A DNA stretch of 32,124 nt from an uncultured Eubacteriaceae bacterium (GTDB lineage Bacteria > Bacillota > Clostridia > Eubacteriales > UBA1433), in the NCBI GenBank assembly GCA_937914785.1, contig CALGIV010000223.1:1-32124 (forward strand), written 5' to 3'. Below the pieces are notes generated by a model, which saw nothing but the letters and a program-made list of their open reading frames with translations, did not search any database and was not told the origin of the DNA. Each line of letters starts with the position of its first letter. Positions within the stretch are counted from its first letter, which is position 1. Of this stretch, positions 8,475 to 16,115 are shown in pieces. Made by a program: the position numbers and the translations under genes.

Positions 8475-8955
8475 AGCCGCCGTCCTGGCTTACCTCGACG
8501 GAAAAAACGTTTCTTACGACCTCATCGAACACGAGCCAATGTATACGATCGGTCAAATGGAAGAGGCTGGCCTGACAGCAGGGATTGATGTCTGCAAAAA
8601 CTTATTTTTACGTGACTATAAAGGCAAAAATCATTATTTGATCAGCTTCTTGTGCCATAAAAAGATGGATTTAAAAGAAATCAGTCAAAAGCTGGTTTCC
8701 ACGCGCTTAAGTTTTGCCAGCGCACAGCGGCTTGAACAGTATTTAAAGCTGACACAGGGCGCCGTTTCCCCTTTCGGCTTACTAAACGACAGCGCGCGGA
8801 CCGTTGAAGCCGTCTTTGATAAAGCGCTCCTCGGCCGCACTAAGACAGCATTTCATCCGAATGACAATTCCGCGACCGTCATCATACACTTTGACGATCT
8901 GCTTAATATCATTCAATCGCTGGGAAACCGCATTACTTTTATCGACATAGCATAA
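8458..8955 (+). CDS. YbaK/ProX-superfamily aminoacyl-tRNA trans-editing (deacylase) domain protein
   Basis: KNLFLRDYKGKNHYL...LSFASAQRLEQYLKLTQGAVSPFGLLND matches the prolyl-tRNA-synthetase-associated (ProX/PrdX-type) domain pattern. The likely start is the ATG at 8458 (or the GTG at 8464) after GAGGAAG. The ORF-track start at 8425 lies inside mrnC. Confidence 0.75.
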   Translation: MNVYDKAAVLAYLDGKNVSYDLIEHEPMYTIGQMEEAGLTAGIDVCKNLFLRDYKGKNHYLISFLCHKKMDLKEISQKLVSTRLSFASAQRLEQYLKLTQGAVSPFGLLNDSARTVEAVFDKALLGRTKTAFHPNDNSATVIIHFDDLLNIIQSLGNRITFIDIA

Positions 8956-8963
8956 AATGACCA

Positions 8964-8991
8964 TTGACATAATTTGAAAAATGTGTAAAAT
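8964..8991 (+). promoter_or_regulatory. Sigma-A promoter of the thrS leader (TTGACA-16-TGtTAAAAT)
   Basis: TTGACA at 8964..8969, a 16-nt spacer ending in an extended -10 TG, and TAAAAT at 8986..8991. Confidence 0.6.
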
Positions 8992-8997
8992 AAACTA

Positions 8998-9235
8998 TTA
9001 TAACAATACAAACCGATGAAAAAGACGAGTAAATGGAAGCTCCTTCAGAGAGATGTCGCCTTGGCTGAAAGCGATTTTAGGCAACGCTTCCGTTGAAAAC
9101 CCCTTTGGAGGTGCTGCAAGCAAGTAAGCAGCAATGGTGATGCCATTACAATCATAAGCGGACAGCTTCGTCTGTCAATAAAGGTGGAACCGCGGTTAAG
9201 ATATCGTCCTTTGCATGTCAAAGGGCGTTTTTTTG
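8998..9235 (+). promoter_or_regulatory. T-box riboswitch leader (threonine; candidate specifier ACC at 9099-9101) with intrinsic terminator
   Basis: Elements seen, in order:
- GA/K-turn plus AGUA region (GATGAAAAAGACGAGTA).
- AGAGA bay.
- Stem I helix ATGGAAGC/GCTTCCGT.
- Three downstream hairpins.
- Conserved T-box sequence AAAGGTGGAACCGCGG at about 9180-9196.
- Terminator CGTCCTTTG-catgt-CAAAGGGCG plus T7 at 9205-9234.
thrS lies immediately downstream. Confidence 0.85.
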
Positions 9236-9259
9236 TATCGGATAAAAGGAGGAAGAAAG

Positions 9260-11167
9260 ATGATCAACATTACATTAAAAGACGGCAACAAAATCGCTGT
9301 TGAAAAGGACTCTGATCTTTACGATGTCGCCAAGGCGATCAGCCCCGGTCTGGCCGTTAACGCATTGGTCGGCGAAGTAGACGGCTGCGTGCACGATTTG
9401 TCTTACACGCTGGAAAACGACAGCGCCGTTCAGATATTCACATTCGAAGATAAGGCCGGCAAAGAGGCCTTCTGGCACACGAGCTCACACGTGATGGCCC
9501 AAGCCGTAAAACGCCTGTTTCCAGGCGTCAAGGTCGCAATCGGGCCGGCGATCGACAACGGCTTTTATTACGACTTCGACACGGAAGTTCCTTTCGTTTC
9601 CGAAGATCTGGAAAAAATCGAAGCGGAAATGAAAAAAATCGTCAAAGAGAATTACATTTTACACCGCTTCGAAAAACCAAAAGCAGAAGCGCTAAACTAT
9701 TTTAAAGAACAGGGCGAAGATTATAAAGTTGAACTCGTCGAGGGGCTTGAAGACGATGCTGTCATCAGCTTTTACGAACAGGGAGAGTTTGTCGACCTGT
9801 GCGCCGGGCCGCATCTGTACGACCTGTCTAAAATCAAGGCCATCAAGCTGACGAGCATTGCCGGCGCTTACTGGCGCGGCGATGAACAGAATAAGATGCT
9901 GCAACGCATCTACGGCATTACATTTCCGAAAAAAAGTATGCTGGACGAATATTTACAGTTGATGGAAGAAGCGAAGAAGCGGGACCACAGAAAGCTCGGC
10001 AAAGAGCTGGATTTATACTCGATTATGGAAGAAGGCCCGGGCTTTCCGTTCTTCCATCCGAAGGGTATGATTTTGCGCACAGAGCTGGAAAATGCCTGGC
10101 GGCAGGAACACTACAAACGCGGCTATGATGAAATCCGCACACCGATTATGCTGGACAGCGAGCTGTGGCACCGTTCCGGTCATTGGGATAATTATAAAGA
10201 CAATATGTACTTTTCAGAAATCGACGAACGCACTTACGCCTTAAAGCCGATGAACTGCCCCGGCGCGATGCTGCTTTATAAACGCAAGATGTTTTCTTAT
10301 CGCGATTTGCCGCTGCGTATGGGAGAGCTTGGCATCGTGCACCGCCACGAGCTCAGCGGCGCCTTGCACGGCCTGATGCGCGTGCGCTGCTTCACACAGG
10401 ACGACGCACACATCTTTATGACGCCCGAAATGATTACCCAGGAAATAATCAACGTTATGGAATTGATCGATTATTTTTACAGTCTGTTCGGCTTCAGCTA
10501 CCGCATAGAACTCTCTACGCGCCCCGAGAAATTTATGGGCGAAATCGCAGACTGGGACGCAGCGACAGACGCACTGCGTAAGGCATTGGATTTAAAAGGT
10601 AAAGAGTATACGATTAACGAAGGCGACGGCGCATTTTACGGGCCAAAGATCGACTTCCACCTTACGGACTGCCTGAACCGGACGTGGCAGTGCGGCACGA
10701 TTCAGCTCGACTTTCAGATGCCGGAACGCTTCGACTTATACTACGTCGGTGCGGACGGCGAAAAGCACCGTCCGATCGTCATACACAGAACGTGTTTCGG
10801 CTCCATTGAGCGCTTTATTGCGATTTTAACGGAGCACTTTGCCGGCGCCTTCCCGCTGTGGCTGGCTCCCGTACAGTGCGTCATCATCCCCGTCGCAAGC
10901 GACTACAATGACTATGCCAATATGGTGTATTCCCGCTTTTTATCTGCGGGAATCCGCGCTGAGATTGACGACCGGAATGAAAAGATGGGCTATAAAATCC
11001 GCGAAGCACAGATGCAGAAAATCCCCTATATGTTTATCGTCGGCGAAAAAGAAGCCGGCGAAAATACGATCTCTGTACGCAGCAGGCAGGAAAAGGACGG
11101 CGGCGTGTTCTCTATTGACAATTTCATCGTGAAAATGCTCGATGAAATCAGTACAAAAACACCGTAA
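9260..11167 (+). CDS. thrS: Threonine--tRNA ligase
   Basis: TGS domain N-terminus (MINITLKDG), editing-domain HxxxH (HTSSHVMAQA), class II catalytic core (RVRCFTQDDAHIF, GTIQLDF) and an anticodon-binding domain. The ATG at 9260 follows an AAGGAGG RBS. The ORF-track start at 9215 lies in the T-box terminator. Confidence 0.95.
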   Translation: MINITLKDGNKIAVEKDSDLYDVAKAISPGLAVNALVGEVDGCVHDLSYTLENDSAVQIFTFEDKAGKEAFWHTSSHVMAQAVKRLFPGVKVAIGPAIDNGFYYDFDTEVPFVSEDLEKIEAEMKKIVKENYILHRFEKPKAEALNYFKEQGEDYKVELVEGLEDDAVISFYEQGEFVDLCAGPHLYDLSKIKAIKLTSIAGAYWRGDEQNKMLQRIYGITFPKKSMLDEYLQLMEEAKKRDHRKLGKELDLYSIMEEGPGFPFFHPKGMILRTELENAWRQEHYKRGYDEIRTPIMLDSELWHRSGHWDNYKDNMYFSEIDERTYALKPMNCPGAMLLYKRKMFSYRDLPLRMGELGIVHRHELSGALHGLMRVRCFTQDDAHIFMTPEMITQEIINVMELIDYFYSLFGFSYRIELSTRPEKFMGEIADWDAATDALRKALDLKGKEYTINEGDGAFYGPKIDFHLTDCLNRTWQCGTIQLDFQMPERFDLYYVGADGEKHRPIVIHRTCFGSIERFIAILTEHFAGAFPLWLAPVQCVIIPVASDYNDYANMVYSRFLSAGIRAEIDDRNEKMGYKIREAQMQKIPYMFIVGEKEAGENTISVRSRQEKDGGVFSIDNFIVKMLDEISTKTP

Positions 11168-11184
11168 AATACAATTAATTGATG

Positions 11185-11211
11185 ACCGGCTTTTGAAAAG
11201 CCGGTTTTTTA
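11185..11211 (+). terminator. Rho-independent terminator after thrS
   Basis: The ACCGGCTTTTGAAAAGCCGGT hairpin followed by TTTTTT. Confidence 0.85.
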
Positions 11212-11316
11212 TTGGAAGAAATTTCACGAAATTATCTCGACAAACATAGAATAAAGCAGGACAATACAGATCATTGAACGCATCTACTAAGAACGCTGAC
11301 AAAGGAGGGTGTGACT

Positions 11317-11748
11317 ATGTCAAATTTATTACCAGTGAGCAGAAACTTCGCCGCCATAAACAATTTCAACAACCTGATGGATAACTCTTTTGGCAACGTA
11401 TGGCCATTGAGCAAAACGATGTTTGTTCAAACGTTCAACATTGATGTACAGGAACAGCCGCAGGCCTACATCATAAAAGCAGATCTGCCCGGCATCAAAA
11501 AAGACGAGATCAACATCGCATTAAACGATGGCAGGCTGTCAATCGAAGTGCTGCAAAATGAAGAAAATGAAGAGAAAGATGCACATTACATCTACCAGGA
11601 ACGCCGAAGCTCTTCTATGGCCCGCACCGTTTATCTGGCCGATGCCGACAATGAGGGCGCACAGGCAGAACTGGACGACGGCGTATTGAAAATCGTCATA
11701 CCGAAAAAAGCAAAAGAACACCGCAGCAGCCGAATCGACATCAACTGA
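11317..11748 (+). CDS. Hsp20/alpha-crystallin family small heat-shock protein
   Basis: Alpha-crystallin domain pattern: Y.IKADLPGIKKDEINIALNDGRLSI...ERRSSSMARTVYLADADNEGAQAELDDGVLKIVIPKK. The ATG at 11317 is 8 nt after AAGGAGGG. Confidence 0.9.
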   Translation: MSNLLPVSRNFAAINNFNNLMDNSFGNVWPLSKTMFVQTFNIDVQEQPQAYIIKADLPGIKKDEINIALNDGRLSIEVLQNEENEEKDAHYIYQERRSSSMARTVYLADADNEGAQAELDDGVLKIVIPKKAKEHRSSRIDIN

Positions 11749-11794
11749 TTACGTACTACTGCGCTCCTGCTGCCGACTTTATCCGGCAAACACG

Positions 11795-11823
11795 AAAATG
11801 AGGCATTATTCATGCCTCATTTT
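11795..11823. terminator. Bidirectional intrinsic terminator between convergent hsp20 and membrane-protein paralog A
   Basis: AAAATGAGGCAT-tattc-ATGCCTCATTTT is a perfect 12-nt inverted repeat with A/T runs on both sides. The TAA stop of the minus-strand gene lies at the stem/loop junction. Confidence 0.8.
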
Positions 11824-12963
11824 CGATGTAGGATCTTCTTCATCCGGCAAAACCGGCACGATACCGTCTTTGGACGGCTCCGGTTGCGATACCGGTTTTG
11901 TATTTGAGGCCGGCATATCCGCAGGCGGACTGCTCCCGCCCGCCTGCGGCGTTCCGGGCTGCCGGTTGTAAACCTCTCTCTGCGGCGGATAAGGCACTTG
12001 CACATATGAGTTATTATTGCGTAAATCTCGCTGAACAAAATATTCTTCCATCACATTTCGCTCGGACTCAACTTCCGCAATCTGCCCTTTAACACCATCA
12101 AAATCTGTAAATATTACACCGCTAAACGGCGCAAGCAGAATCAGGCAGAACGACTGCGCTATACCGATTAACAGCTCAAGCCTAAACAGTCCGTTACCAT
12201 CCGCCATTCTGAGCAATGCTGTAAAAGCCAACAATACGGCCGTGTAAATCAGATTGAACAAAAGCATATTGCCAAATACTTTTAAACGATCTCCTTTTGT
12301 CAACTTACGCGAAAGATTTAAAGACTCAATGCCGCTTACTTTATAACGCATCCGTGCAAACGGCACAAAACCATAAATCGATATCAAAACATGTACGATA
12401 ATAATCGTTGCCAAATACAGCGCCAACGCCTGCCAGCCCCCACTGCGGATCAAGTAGGCAAATCCCGCCAAATTCGCCGGTCGGCTGCCGACAAAGAAAA
12501 TTTCCAAACGCTTAAATATCACTATGATAATCCAGGAAAAAAAGCCTATCCACAGATAAGTACCAAATAACGGAAAAGCACGCTTAGCTCCAAAACTCAA
12601 ACTATCACCCAAAAACCGCTTCTTTCCTTTCACATATCCTTCTGTTAAAGCGAAAATACTGCCCTGAGCAAAACAGCAAAGCCAAATCACCACAACCAGA
12701 ACCAGAGACATCAAAAAAAGCTCTCCCACTATACTTGCGCCCCCCAAATGATGAAAAGAGAAATAATATGGCTTTGAAAAATATCCTACTAAAATGAAAA
12801 TACCGGTCAATATTCCCACACCGGCAATCAACGCCACAACCAAGATACGCCCAAAATGATTGAGGCCTGCTTGAAAGCTCGTCGATAAATAAGCGGAAAA
12901 AGGCCGTAGTCGTGCCGGCGGTGTTTGCGGCGGCGATACCATATTCCTGTGTTCACCATTCAT
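11806..12963 (-). CDS. Polytopic membrane protein, paralog A of a three-gene family (DUF975/GDPD-membrane-domain-like layout; function unknown), Pro-rich C-terminal tail
   Basis: Multiple hydrophobic segments. Shares the motifs Y[VI]KGxKRxxGSxxxxAxKR and FxRMRYKVxGIxSxxLSRKLxKG with the next two genes. The best start is the ATG at 12963, 7 nt after AGAGGGGG; the ORF track extends to 12987. Confidence 0.8.
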   Translation of the reverse strand: MNGEHRNMVSPPQTPPARLRPFSAYLSTSFQAGLNHFGRILVVALIAGVGILTGIFILVGYFSKPYYFSFHHLGGASIVGELFLMSLVLVVVIWLCCFAQGSIFALTEGYVKGKKRFLGDSLSFGAKRAFPLFGTYLWIGFFSWIIIVIFKRLEIFFVGSRPANLAGFAYLIRSGGWQALALYLATIIIVHVLISIYGFVPFARMRYKVSGIESLNLSRKLTKGDRLKVFGNMLLFNLIYTAVLLAFTALLRMADGNGLFRLELLIGIAQSFCLILLAPFSGVIFTDFDGVKGQIAEVESERNVMEEYFVQRDLRNNNSYVQVPYPPQREVYNRQPGTPQAGGSSPPADMPASNTKPVSQPEPSKDGIVPVLPDEEDPTSKMRHE

Positions 12964-13146
12964 TTTATGGCCCCCTCTTCTTTGCAATTTTTACAGTACA
13001 GTATTTTTTACGTACACTTTTACGCATGCACCGTATATTTTATCAGAGGCTATCTTTGCTTTTTATCGTGCAATCCCACACACCATTTAGAACACTTTGC
13101 AAATATATTCGTTTATCCTATCACAGCTTCATTATTTTCCTCTTAA

Positions 13147-14688
13147 TCAATCCAAATCTTCAATTTCGTCAAGTTCTTCTATATATAAACTCTCTCTCAG
13201 TGTCTCCGACAATTTGCCGCGTTTAATCTCATGTTCGCTCTTTACTACGATAGGCTGCAGTTTTATCTCAGGCAGCTCTACTTCTTCATGCTCTTTTTCA
13301 AGCATAACCACTTCTGAAAGTACAGATTCAATAGAACGTTTTTTGACTGCAGCTGCCGCCTTTGGCGGCTGTGCAACGGCCGCTACCGCAACCGGTTTAG
13401 ATTCCAACTGCTTTTCGCTTGCCTGCTCCCGTCTGCCCGATTCCGTTTCAGACGGTTTTTGCATTTCTGCTTTAAACACCAACTGTTCAAGCCTAACAGG
13501 CGGCTTCTCAGGTTTGCCAATGGCATCCGGCTCAATACCCATCGGCTTTAAAACATCGACCATTTTATCTGCCAGCGGATCATCTTTTGGCTCGGCGGTT
13601 CCCTGTTTATTTTTCCTCAGTTGTACAGGCGGCATTGCAAAAATCTCCTGTGTCGGCACTTTGCCCCGCTTAAGCGCAATCATTCTGCGGTCCTCGGCGT
13701 CAAAACATTTGTCCTGCGGACATTGCGGCAGCCTTTTTAATGAAGAGAGTGCGTATCGCCCGCGCGCCAACTCGAAATTTGTATACATCACCACGCGAAA
13801 CAACGGCAGGTACACGGCTATATACAAAACGAGCAAACCAAACAATAACGGCGTCAGCTGCATATTGTTTTCCCAGGCGCGCACCATACCAAACGCCAGC
13901 AATCCAAGTAAAACGCCCATAAAAATTGTATATAGCAATATATTAAAAAATATTTTACCCTTCTTCCCTTTTGCCAGCTTTCTCGACAGCTTCATTGACT
14001 TGATGCCATGCACTTTATAGCGCATTCTGATAAATGGTGTAAAATTATAGGCAACGGAAAGCGCCACCAATATTACGATGTAAAGCGCCGAAAGTGCGAT
14101 GAGCGCATAGGAAACCCAATTGTCAAAGATATTGCTTAAGCTAAAAAGCTCCTGTATGGATTCAAGCCCCGCTAATGATAAGAGGACCCGTGAGAGCAGC
14201 ACAAATAAAAATGTATACATGCTCAAATACAGCCCCCGCCAGATTCGCGAGCCGATGACAGGTACTGAACGCTTAAAAGCATATCCCAAAATACTTCCCA
14301 TCTTTCTTTTTACGCCTTTCACATACGCATCAACGATAAGATACAGACTGCACTGTGCAATATTGACGGCAAAAGAGATCAAAAACCAACATAAAACCAA
14401 TCCTGGTATCAAAGCTGTCATTGCGGGCCTTAAGGTCTCTAAAAGCCACGCGTAATCGACCAGGGTATATTCGAAAATCAATTGAGGATTGCCTAAAAGT
14501 TCGACAGGCAAATATCGACTGCCGGCCAAATAAAATATTCCGACAAAAATACCAATGCCCAGCAAAATAAATAATGCTGTAATAATATATGTCAATAATA
14601 ATTTAAAATAATGCTTTGTCCCGGCGCCAATTGCATTTGATAGATACGATCCAAATGACAAAATCTTTTCATTATAGCCAAAAATCAT
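13147..14688 (-). CDS. Polytopic membrane protein, paralog B, with a ~190-aa charged/Pro/Ala-rich low-complexity C-terminal tail
   Basis: 513-aa ORF with an AGGAGG RBS 7 nt upstream of the ATG at 14688. The core aligns with paralogs A and C (DAYVKGVKRKMGSILGYAFKRSVPVIG; FIRMRYKVHGIKSMKLSRKLAKGKKGKIF). The tail ends in the acidic EELDEIEDLD. Confidence 0.85.
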   Translation of the reverse strand: MIFGYNEKILSFGSYLSNAIGAGTKHYFKLLLTYIITALFILLGIGIFVGIFYLAGSRYLPVELLGNPQLIFEYTLVDYAWLLETLRPAMTALIPGLVLCWFLISFAVNIAQCSLYLIVDAYVKGVKRKMGSILGYAFKRSVPVIGSRIWRGLYLSMYTFLFVLLSRVLLSLAGLESIQELFSLSNIFDNWVSYALIALSALYIVILVALSVAYNFTPFIRMRYKVHGIKSMKLSRKLAKGKKGKIFFNILLYTIFMGVLLGLLAFGMVRAWENNMQLTPLLFGLLVLYIAVYLPLFRVVMYTNFELARGRYALSSLKRLPQCPQDKCFDAEDRRMIALKRGKVPTQEIFAMPPVQLRKNKQGTAEPKDDPLADKMVDVLKPMGIEPDAIGKPEKPPVRLEQLVFKAEMQKPSETESGRREQASEKQLESKPVAVAAVAQPPKAAAAVKKRSIESVLSEVVMLEKEHEEVELPEIKLQPIVVKSEHEIKRGKLSETLRESLYIEELDEIEDLD

Positions 14689-14742
14689 TATTCCGCCTCC
14701 TAAGGCCTGTCCTTTTCCATCCTGCCAAATTCAACTACACCT

Positions 14743-14772
14743 TAATAAAATAAAGGCCGGAAAATTTCCGGC
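14743..14772 (-). terminator. Intrinsic terminator after paralog C
   Basis: The minus strand reads GCCGGAAA/TTTCCGGC, starting at the TAG stop, followed by the T-rich CTTTATTTTATT. Confidence 0.6.
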
Positions 14773-15920
14773 TATTCTTTTCTCTTTACATCCTCTTCTG
14801 CCAGATTGTCAAACTCCATCTCAAGCTGTTCGACAATCTCATCGACAGGAGATGCCTGCTTTAGCGACATCTGCGAAGCACCGCCGTAACCCTGCGGCGG
14901 TAAGATATGCTGATCACGCCTGGCAAAATACTCATCTTGTATACATTTGGGCATCGGATTCATTGATGATACTAAGTGTGGCCCGCGTGCCATATCAAAA
15001 TTCACAAATACGACACTACTGTACGGCAGTACAAAGAAGCATAATAAAAACATCAGTAAAGCGACTACATAATGAACATAAAACATATTATTTTGTACCA
15101 TAAACGCCGCAGCAGCAGTAAGGATACCATTGATTACCCCGACAATCAACGTAAACAACAGAAAATTACCAAATAATTTTCCTTTTTTCTTCTTCGTAAT
15201 ATTACGCGACATCTTCATCGATTTCATCCCATGAGCTTTATATTTTATACGGAAAAATATTGAAAAATAATACATCATCATGTAGAAAAAGCAAAAAAAC
15301 ATAAAAACTACATAGAGGACAATCGTCACAACAAACTGCCATTCCGCCATAATGCTCACAACCTGTTCGAATGTCATGGTTGTCAGACTCGAAATATCAA
15401 TCGCAGACGGCAACAGCACAATAAAAAGAAGTGCTGCAAAGATCGCCGTAATCAACAGGTAAAACAAACTTAACCAGATAGAAGTACCGATTAACGGAAT
15501 ACTTCGCTTAAAGGCATAGCCGATGATGCTGCCCATTGAACGTTTAATGCCTTTTATATGTGCTTCAGTAATTAAATATACACTCGTAAAAAATACATTC
15601 ATCGCAATCGTACATAAAAAAACGTATAATAAAAGCGCACCGATGAGAAAAGGTAACACCGGCTGCAACAATGAAAACAGATAGGTCTGATCCGCCGCCG
15701 TTAAAGATAGCAGCATCTGCGGGTTGTCCACCAACTGCTCCGGTAAATAAGGTACGGCAACGACTGCAACAATGGCGGCACAAATCGCCGTGACAATCAA
15801 CAATAATAAAATCCAGAATAAGAACGCAACGAATAACTTTCCAAATTTTTTCGTACCAACTTTTAAGGTCGTTGAAAAGTACTCGCCGAAAGGCAAGATT
15901 TTCTCCTGAAAGCCTGGCAT
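14772..15920 (-). CDS. Polytopic membrane protein, paralog C
   Basis: The ATG at 15920 is 9 nt after AGGAGG; the ORF-track start at 15971 is upstream of the RBS. The core aligns with A and B (EAHIKGIKRSMGSIIGYAFKRSIPLIG; FFRIKYKAHGMKSMKMSRNITKKKKGKLF). Coding sequence is very AT-rich. Confidence 0.85.
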   Translation of the reverse strand: MPGFQEKILPFGEYFSTTLKVGTKKFGKLFVAFLFWILLLLIVTAICAAIVAVVAVPYLPEQLVDNPQMLLSLTAADQTYLFSLLQPVLPFLIGALLLYVFLCTIAMNVFFTSVYLITEAHIKGIKRSMGSIIGYAFKRSIPLIGTSIWLSLFYLLITAIFAALLFIVLLPSAIDISSLTTMTFEQVVSIMAEWQFVVTIVLYVVFMFFCFFYMMMYYFSIFFRIKYKAHGMKSMKMSRNITKKKKGKLFGNFLLFTLIVGVINGILTAAAAFMVQNNMFYVHYVVALLMFLLCFFVLPYSSVVFVNFDMARGPHLVSSMNPMPKCIQDEYFARRDQHILPPQGYGGASQMSLKQASPVDEIVEQLEMEFDNLAEEDVKRKE

Positions 15921-15986
15921 AATAAACTTCCTCCTAAATTCAGCCTGTCTGTATTTTATTACTCGCTCCAATGTTTAGATATTTAT

Positions 15987-16016
15987 ATCATATAATAACA
16001 GAAAATAAGTTGTCAA
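15987..16016 (-). promoter_or_regulatory. Candidate sigma-A promoter for paralog C (TTGACA-18-TATGAT)
   Basis: The minus strand has TTGACA at 16016..16011. The best -10 candidate is TATGAT at 15992..15987. The register is ambiguous in this AT-rich stretch. Confidence 0.4.
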
Positions 16017-16084
16017 TCAAAAAAATAGAAAAAGGGCAACTTTATTGCTTTTATTCCATTATTGTAACAAATATCAAGGAAAAA

Positions 16085-16093
16085 TGTTATAAT
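16085..16093 (+). promoter_or_regulatory. Extended -10 element (TGtTATAAT) upstream of the MBL-fold gene
   Basis: TGTTATAAT lies about 23 nt upstream of the ATG at 16116. No good -35 element at canonical spacing. Confidence 0.4.
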
Positions 16094-16115
16094 AATAAAA
16101 AAATTGGAGAGTATT

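Noticed and set aside
9215-9259. N-terminal extensions in the ORF track: thrS from 9215, and likewise ispD 3122, ypeB 18347, ackA 28418, paralog A 12987, paralog C 15971, and the SLOG gene 31492.
   Set aside because: In each case the extension runs over a terminator, promoter or upstream gene. An internal ATG/TTG with a well-spaced Shine-Dalgarno sequence reproduces the conserved family N-terminus.
11212-11316. I looked for heat-shock operators (CIRCE, CtsR repeat) or an RNA thermometer upstream of hsp20. Only a GAAATTTC mini-palindrome was seen.
   Set aside because: There is no match to the CIRCE (TTAGCACTC-N9-GAGTGCTAA) or CtsR heptad-repeat consensus. An 8-bp AT palindrome is expected by chance in AT-rich DNA.
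13097-14020. A 307-aa plus-strand ORF, Ser-rich, antisense to membrane paralog B.
   Set aside because: It lies entirely inside the well-supported minus-strand gene and has no RBS. The product is low-complexity Ser/Cys/Phe-rich, as expected for the reverse complement of a Lys/Glu/Ala-rich coding region. It is a shadow ORF.
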